Positions 59,444 through 64,000 of a DNA stretch of 64,000 nucleotides are shown here, in pieces. Location of the stretch: contig CAVPMJ010000010.1 of NCBI GenBank assembly GCA_963706255.1, forward strand, positions 1,753 through 65,752, read 5' to 3'. A program made the translations under genes and the position numbers. The notes under the pieces were generated by a model. That model saw only the letters and a program-made list of their open reading frames with translations, was not told where the DNA came from and searched no databases. Source of the DNA: an uncultured Alphaproteobacteria bacterium. GTDB taxonomy: Bacteria > Pseudomonadota > Alphaproteobacteria > Rhizobiales > Beijerinckiaceae. The first letter of the stretch is position 1. Every line of letters starts with the position of its first letter.

Positions 59444-60277
59444 TTGCCAAAGATGTGGGCAGTCCTGAGTTTCCTCCTCGCGGCGGCGATCGGTCTGGTA
59501 GTGGCGCTCATCGCGAGCCGTCGCAGCTCAGCTCCGCACGGTAGCCACCCATGGCTGCTCTACGACACGACGAAGCTCCACGTGGGGATCATGGCGAGCC
59601 TTGCCGGCTTTGCCTTCACCGGAGTAGTGCTGGTCGTGAGTCTCGCGCGGGACCGGCCCGGCGTCGTCGGAAGCTCCCTCGACACCGTCATCGTGATGTT
59701 CCTTGTGGCCTACCTCTGGGGGGTCGGAAACGCGTTCCTTATCTCCTATATGCCGCACGTCGATACGAGCGGCGATTTAGTGCCGCGCGTCCATTTCAGC
59801 CTCGCCTCGACGATCGAATACCGCACGGTCTTTGTATCTTGGTTCGCGCTACTACCGCTCCTCGAGGCGAATGGAATTGGTCGCCTCGCAGATGTTCTCT
59901 ATTTTCTTTTGCCCGCATCTCTAGTTTTCGGATCTGTTCTCATCTCAATGGCTGCCGATGGACTGGGTCTGTTACGGGTCTGGGAAACGTATCTCTCGGC
60001 AGCCGTCGCCACGATTCTCGCCCTAGCGTACACCGCCATCGTCGTATTCGTAGTCCCCGCTGCTCGATCCCCGTACTCCACGCTATACCTTGCGCTCGTC
60101 ATCTTCTGCATCAACGGCTTGGGTTTCTCGCTTGCGGCCCTCACGCCGCTCTCACCACGGTATGCCGGCATCGAACGCTTCTACAAGCAACACGGCAGAC
60201 GGATTGTCGTTGCCGACATGCAACTGACAATGGCGTCGCTCGCATTCCTTTGGCTTAGCGTCGTAGGGGCTATCTGA
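59444..60277 (+). CDS. Multi-pass membrane protein (about 8 TM), hypothetical
   Basis: Hydrophobic periodicity throughout. Lower GC. Confidence 0.5.
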   Translation: MPKMWAVLSFLLAAAIGLVVALIASRRSSAPHGSHPWLLYDTTKLHVGIMASLAGFAFTGVVLVVSLARDRPGVVGSSLDTVIVMFLVAYLWGVGNAFLISYMPHVDTSGDLVPRVHFSLASTIEYRTVFVSWFALLPLLEANGIGRLADVLYFLLPASLVFGSVLISMAADGLGLLRVWETYLSAAVATILALAYTAIVVFVVPAARSPYSTLYLALVIFCINGLGFSLAALTPLSPRYAGIERFYKQHGRRIVVADMQLTMASLAFLWLSVVGAI

Positions 60278-60289
60278 ATTTCGGCACAA

Positions 60290-60436
60290 GCTGGCGGCCA
60301 GATTGAAGTGATAAAAAACGTAACCGCGCTCGATCCCACCGATGAAAATAGCCTTACGAATGTCCGCTTATGATGCTGTGGACGGCTCTCCGCCCCCGCG
60401 GGAGAGTGATCTCCTGCTGAGCAGGAGGAGCGAATC
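60290..60436 (+). ncRNA. Candidate bridge/guide RNA region of the IS110-family element (5' non-coding end)
   Basis: Non-coding stretch directly upstream of the recombinase, with hairpins CTCTCC-gcccccgc-GGGAGAG and CTCCTGC-tga-GCAGGAG. Inferred by position only. Confidence 0.25.
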
Positions 60437-61462
60437 ATGGGTCAAGTTGTCACGATCGGACTGGATATCGCGAAATCGGTTTTTCAGGTGCATGGCGTGG
60501 ATTGTGCCGGCGCCGTAGTCTTGCGCCGGCAGGTTCGTCGGGCACACTTATTACCGTTCTTTGCAAAGCAGCCCGAATGTTTAATTGGCATTGAGGCGTG
60601 TGCCAGCGCCCACTACTGGGGGCGTGAACTCAGCAAAATAGGCCACCAAGTGCGACTAATGCCGCCGAGCTACGTGAAGCCTTACGTTAAGAGGCAGAAA
60701 AACGATGCGGCGGACGCGGAGGCAATCTGCGAAGCGGTTACGCGGCCGACGATGCGCTTCGTTGAAATAAAAAATCCTGAGCAACAGAGTGTGATGGTCC
60801 TGCATCGAGTTCGGATGATGCTGATGCGCCAGCGCATACAGTTATCAAATGCGATCCGCGCTCACATGGCCGAGTTCGGCCTGGTCGCTCCTATTGGCCG
60901 GGAAGGGTTACAGAGTTTGATCAAGCTGGTCGAAGCATCAGATGCGCGTGTGCCAGAAGAAGCCTGCGCTTGCCTTCAGCTGCTCGCCACACAACTCAAA
61001 CTGTTGAACAGTCAAATTCTGGTGACAGATCGTCGGATCCGAACAAGCGCGCGTGCAACGGAAACCGGGCGCCGGTTGATGGGCATACCCGGTGTCGGTC
61101 CACTTCTCGCCAGCGCGCTGGTAGCGACCATTCCAGATCCAAAGGCCTTCAAGTCCGGACGAAACCTAGCGGCATGGGTCGGGCTCGTGCCGAAGCAGAA
61201 CTCAAGTGGCGGCAAAGAGCGAATGGGTGGGATCACCAAGCAAGGTGATCGATATCTTCGACAGTTGTTAGTCGTCGGCGCCCTGGCTGTCGTCCGTTAT
61301 GCCGAACGACACGGCGCGCGGCGGCCGTGGCTCGTGCAACTTTTGTCGAGGCGCGCGACCAAGGTTGCAACCGTCGCGCTTGCGAACAAAACGGCCCGCA
61401 TGGCTTGGGCCATCATGACCAGTGGCGAGAGCTATCGAGAGCCTGTGGTTCAGGCAGCCTAG
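60437..61462 (+). CDS. IS110-family transposase/recombinase
   Basis: IGLDIAKSVFQVHG (DEDD N-terminal domain) and GIPGVGPLLASALVA...AWVGLVP.Q.SSG. Confidence 0.9.
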   Translation: MGQVVTIGLDIAKSVFQVHGVDCAGAVVLRRQVRRAHLLPFFAKQPECLIGIEACASAHYWGRELSKIGHQVRLMPPSYVKPYVKRQKNDAADAEAICEAVTRPTMRFVEIKNPEQQSVMVLHRVRMMLMRQRIQLSNAIRAHMAEFGLVAPIGREGLQSLIKLVEASDARVPEEACACLQLLATQLKLLNSQILVTDRRIRTSARATETGRRLMGIPGVGPLLASALVATIPDPKAFKSGRNLAAWVGLVPKQNSSGGKERMGGITKQGDRYLRQLLVVGALAVVRYAERHGARRPWLVQLLSRRATKVATVALANKTARMAWAIMTSGESYREPVVQAA

Positions 61463-61588
61463 TCAGGCGCGGAAGCGCCAAACGAGCTTGGGAAGGTCGA
61501 AAAGGGACTAACGCATCCAGCCGGTCGAAACCGGAAGACGAGAAAACCCACTTGCGCCAGAGCGCTTCAAAGCGCGTGCTTTTGGTCC

Positions 61589-63163
61589 AGGCTGTGTGGA
61601 AACGCTCTGATTTAGTAAATTGATTCCCGATCAGCGGAGGTCGGGATGAAGCGTTTCATTGAGGGTGAGGATCGTCAGCAAGCGACACTGCTTCCTGACT
61701 GTCTGGAAGACTACGTCACAGATGACAATCCGACCCGTGTCGTTGATGTTTTCATCGAAGAACTTGACCTTGCAGCGGTGGGCTTTTCGGGCGTTGTTCC
61801 GGAATCGACCCGGACGGCCAGCATATCATCCCGCGACTTTGCTGAAGATCTATCTCTACGGCTATCTCAACCGCATCCAGTCGAGCCGACGGCTTGAACG
61901 TGAAGCCCAACGCAATATCGAGTTGATGTGGCTGACTGGTCGCTTGATGCCGGACTTCAAGACCATCGCCGACTTTCGCCGCGACAATGGGCCAGCGATC
62001 CGCGCCGCCTGCGCGCAGTTCGTGGTGCTGTGCCGCCAGTTTAACTTGTTCACCCGCGCTGTCGTGGCGATCGATGGAGCAAGTTCAAGGCCGTCAACAA
62101 CCGCGATAAGAACTTCACAGTGGCCAAAGTCGCCAAACGCATCGAGCAGGTGGAAGCAAGCATCGCGCACTACCTCACGGCGCTCGACCGTGCGGATCGG
62201 CAGGACGATGATGTCGCCGAGGCCAAGACGGTGCGCCTCAAGGAGAAGATCGCAGGCCTGAGAAGGCAGATGCAGTCCCTTAAGGAGATGGAAAGGCAGG
62301 TGGAAGCTGCGCCAGACAAGCAGGTTTCCCTAACCGATCCCGACGCTCGGTCGATGGCGACGAGTGGCAAAGGAACAGGCATTGTCGGCTACAACGTTCA
62401 ATTCGCCGTTGATGCCGAGCACCATCTAATCATCGCGCACGAGGTAACCAATGTCGGCAGCGACCGGGCGCAGTTGGCGTCGATGGGCCTCATGGCTCGC
62501 GACGCCACTGGATGCAGAGAAGTCACCGTGCTGGCTGACCGAGGCTATTACAGCGGCGAGGAGGTGCTCGCCTGCGAGGGAACTGGCGTGCTGCCGTGCG
62601 TTCCAAAGACGCTGACCTCCGGCAATACCAAACGCGGCCTCTTCACCATTCAGGATTTCATCTATGACGCCGAGAACGACCGCTACACCTGCCCGGCGGG
62701 CAATTACCTGACCAAGGGAAAGATGCGTTCAGACCGCCGGGACAATATCGACCATTACCGCAACCTTACGGCCTGTTTGACTTGCGCGCTGAGGCCCAGA
62801 TGCACGCCCGACAAGCGCAAGCGCCTGAAACGCTGGGAGCACGAAGGAGTGCTTGACAGGATGCAGGCTGCGCTCGACCGCATGCCGGAGGCCATGACCA
62901 TCCGCCGGCAGACCGTTGAGCATCCGTTCGGGACTCTCAAGGCATGGATGGGTAGCACTCACTTTCGGACAAGGACCCTTGAAAAGGTCAAAACCGAAAT
63001 GAGCCTTCATGTGTTAGCCTACAACATGAAGCGAATGATCAATATTTTCGGGGTCAAACCCCTGGCGAGGGCGATCACGGCCTGACGACCCACGCTAACG
63101 CGATGTGCTCAAAATATCGACGGACGTGAAAGCCAATATTCCAATCGCGTTTTCACACGGCCT
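61589..63163 (+). mobile_element. IS1182-like insertion sequence (about 1575 bp)
   Basis: Terminal IRs: AGGCTGTGTGGAAAC at 61589-61603 matches the reverse complement of 63149-63163 (AGGCCGTGTGAAAAC). Confidence 0.7.
61646..63085 (+). pseudogene. IS1182-family transposase with two compensating frame changes (about 61810 and 62077)
   Basis: MKRFIEGEDRQQATLLPDCLEDYV...GVVPEST | GRPAYHPATLLKIYLYGYLNRIQSSRRLEREAQRN...VAIDG | SKFKAVNNRDKNFT...HPFGTLKAWMG. Frames run 2, 0, 2. Confidence 0.8.
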
Positions 63164-63340
63164 CGGTCGGGACCCGTCTTCGCGGAAGGCATTATGGCCA
63201 GCGGACATGAGCGCCGCACCAACAGGTCGAACACATGGCCGCACCGACCAGCAATGCAGAAGTCCAAAAAAACCTTGCAAGGGAGCGCCGTCCACACATG
63301 GCGCAATACGGACGTTGATTCAGGGGCGAACCACTATTCC

Positions 63341-64000
63341 CTACGCCAGTTCGCTCGACCATCGCTCCGAACGAAAAGCCCGCGCGATCGCCTCGGCGCG
63401 CGCGCTTCGCTCAGCCTCGACGGAGTCAGTCTTTTCGATTTCCGCGCAGGCTTCGATCGCAATGTCCAGCAACGCCGCTTTCGGATAGGGCTGCCCCGAG
63501 CGGCCGGCATAAGCGCAAAAGTCGCATGTGCACACGCTCATCAACTGACGGAATTGCTCGGGCGCGTCGAAGGCGCCGAGCCGTTCGAGCATCAAGGCGA
63601 CAGGCCCGGCGCGCATTTTCGACACGCGATGCACGCGCTCGCATTCGGCCAGCGCCAGCAAAGCCAAATCCCTGCATTCGGCCGGCGCGCCGAAGCGCGC
63701 GCAAAGCTCTTCGATGCGCGGGCCGCCGCGCTCGACATGTTTGTAATGAACGGGGAGATGTTCGCGCGGCGAGTCCGCCTTGCCGACATTCATCACGAGC
63801 AAGGCGAAACGCACCGCCAAGGGCGCTTCGCGCCTAGCCGCCTCGTCGAGGGCCTTCAGCAAATGTTCGCCGATGTCCACCTCGGCCGGCTCATCCGAAA
63901 TTTGCGGAACGCCGAAGAGGGCCGCGACCTCGGGCAATATTTCGATAAGCGCGCCGCACCCCCGCAAGGTCTTGATCATTTTGGACGGCGCGGGGCTCAT
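63341..64000 (-). CDS. C-terminal part of a Cca-like (CCA tRNA nucleotidyltransferase, HD-domain region) protein; 5' end probably beyond the window
   Basis: LPEVAALFGVPQ...RFALLVMNVGK...HYKHVERGGPRIEELCARFGAPAECRDLALLA aligns with the E. coli-type Cca C-terminal half. Confidence 0.6.
   Translation of the reverse strand: MSPAPSKMIKTLRGCGALIEILPEVAALFGVPQISDEPAEVDIGEHLLKALDEAARREAPLAVRFALLVMNVGKADSPREHLPVHYKHVERGGPRIEELCARFGAPAECRDLALLALAECERVHRVSKMRAGPVALMLERLGAFDAPEQFRQLMSVCTCDFCAYAGRSGQPYPKAALLDIAIEACAEIEKTDSVEAERSARAEAIARAFRSERWSSELA

Overview
High-GC (roughly 63-65%) alphaproteobacterial chromosome segment. It looks Hyphomicrobiales/Rhizobiales-like, judging from ctrA-chpT, mdh-sucC, rpmH-rnpA-yidC-engB-argB and dapD/dapE. 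There are three zones. (i) 1-27.77 kb is a mosaic accessory region. It holds an IS5-like element inserted in a DUF3768 gene, a tyrosine integrase with an in-frame amber codon next to an attP-like tRNA-Thr 3' fragment, and three paralogous Omp25-like outer-membrane modules, two of them fused to a second beta-barrel. It also holds a small catalytic-domain-only tyrosine recombinase plus a decayed copy, a KAP P-loop NTPase, two identical inverted IS5-family copies, a sulfatase plus a sulfatase remnant, and a truncated IS66. The zone ends at tRNA-Lys(CUU) (27767-27842, minus strand). (ii) 27.9-58.1 kb is core housekeeping: mdh, sucC (no sucD follows), KirBac-type K+ channel, cysQ, chpT-cheY-cheR-ctrA, rpmH-rnpA-yidC-engB-argB, cobB, dapD, dapE and an aminotransferase. 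It is interspersed with structured REP-like repeats, decayed DUF559 units, a hicBA module and a small low-GC insert. (iii) 58.2-63.3 kb is a second accessory patch with a 150-bp MITE, an IS110-family element and an IS1182-like element, followed by a partial Cca-like gene running off the window. About 13 single-nucleotide frame breaks occur, several in conserved or essential genes (engB twice, dapD, dapE twice). This looks more like uncorrected indel error than biology and limits pseudogene calls. No rRNA genes or CRISPR array were seen. No clearly novel multi-gene system can be proven from sequence alone. The best candidates are the int/attP-like module, the DUF559 units bracketed by structured inverted repeats, the two-barrel OMP family, and an orphan 576-aa PNPOx-fusion plus 88-aa gene pair.
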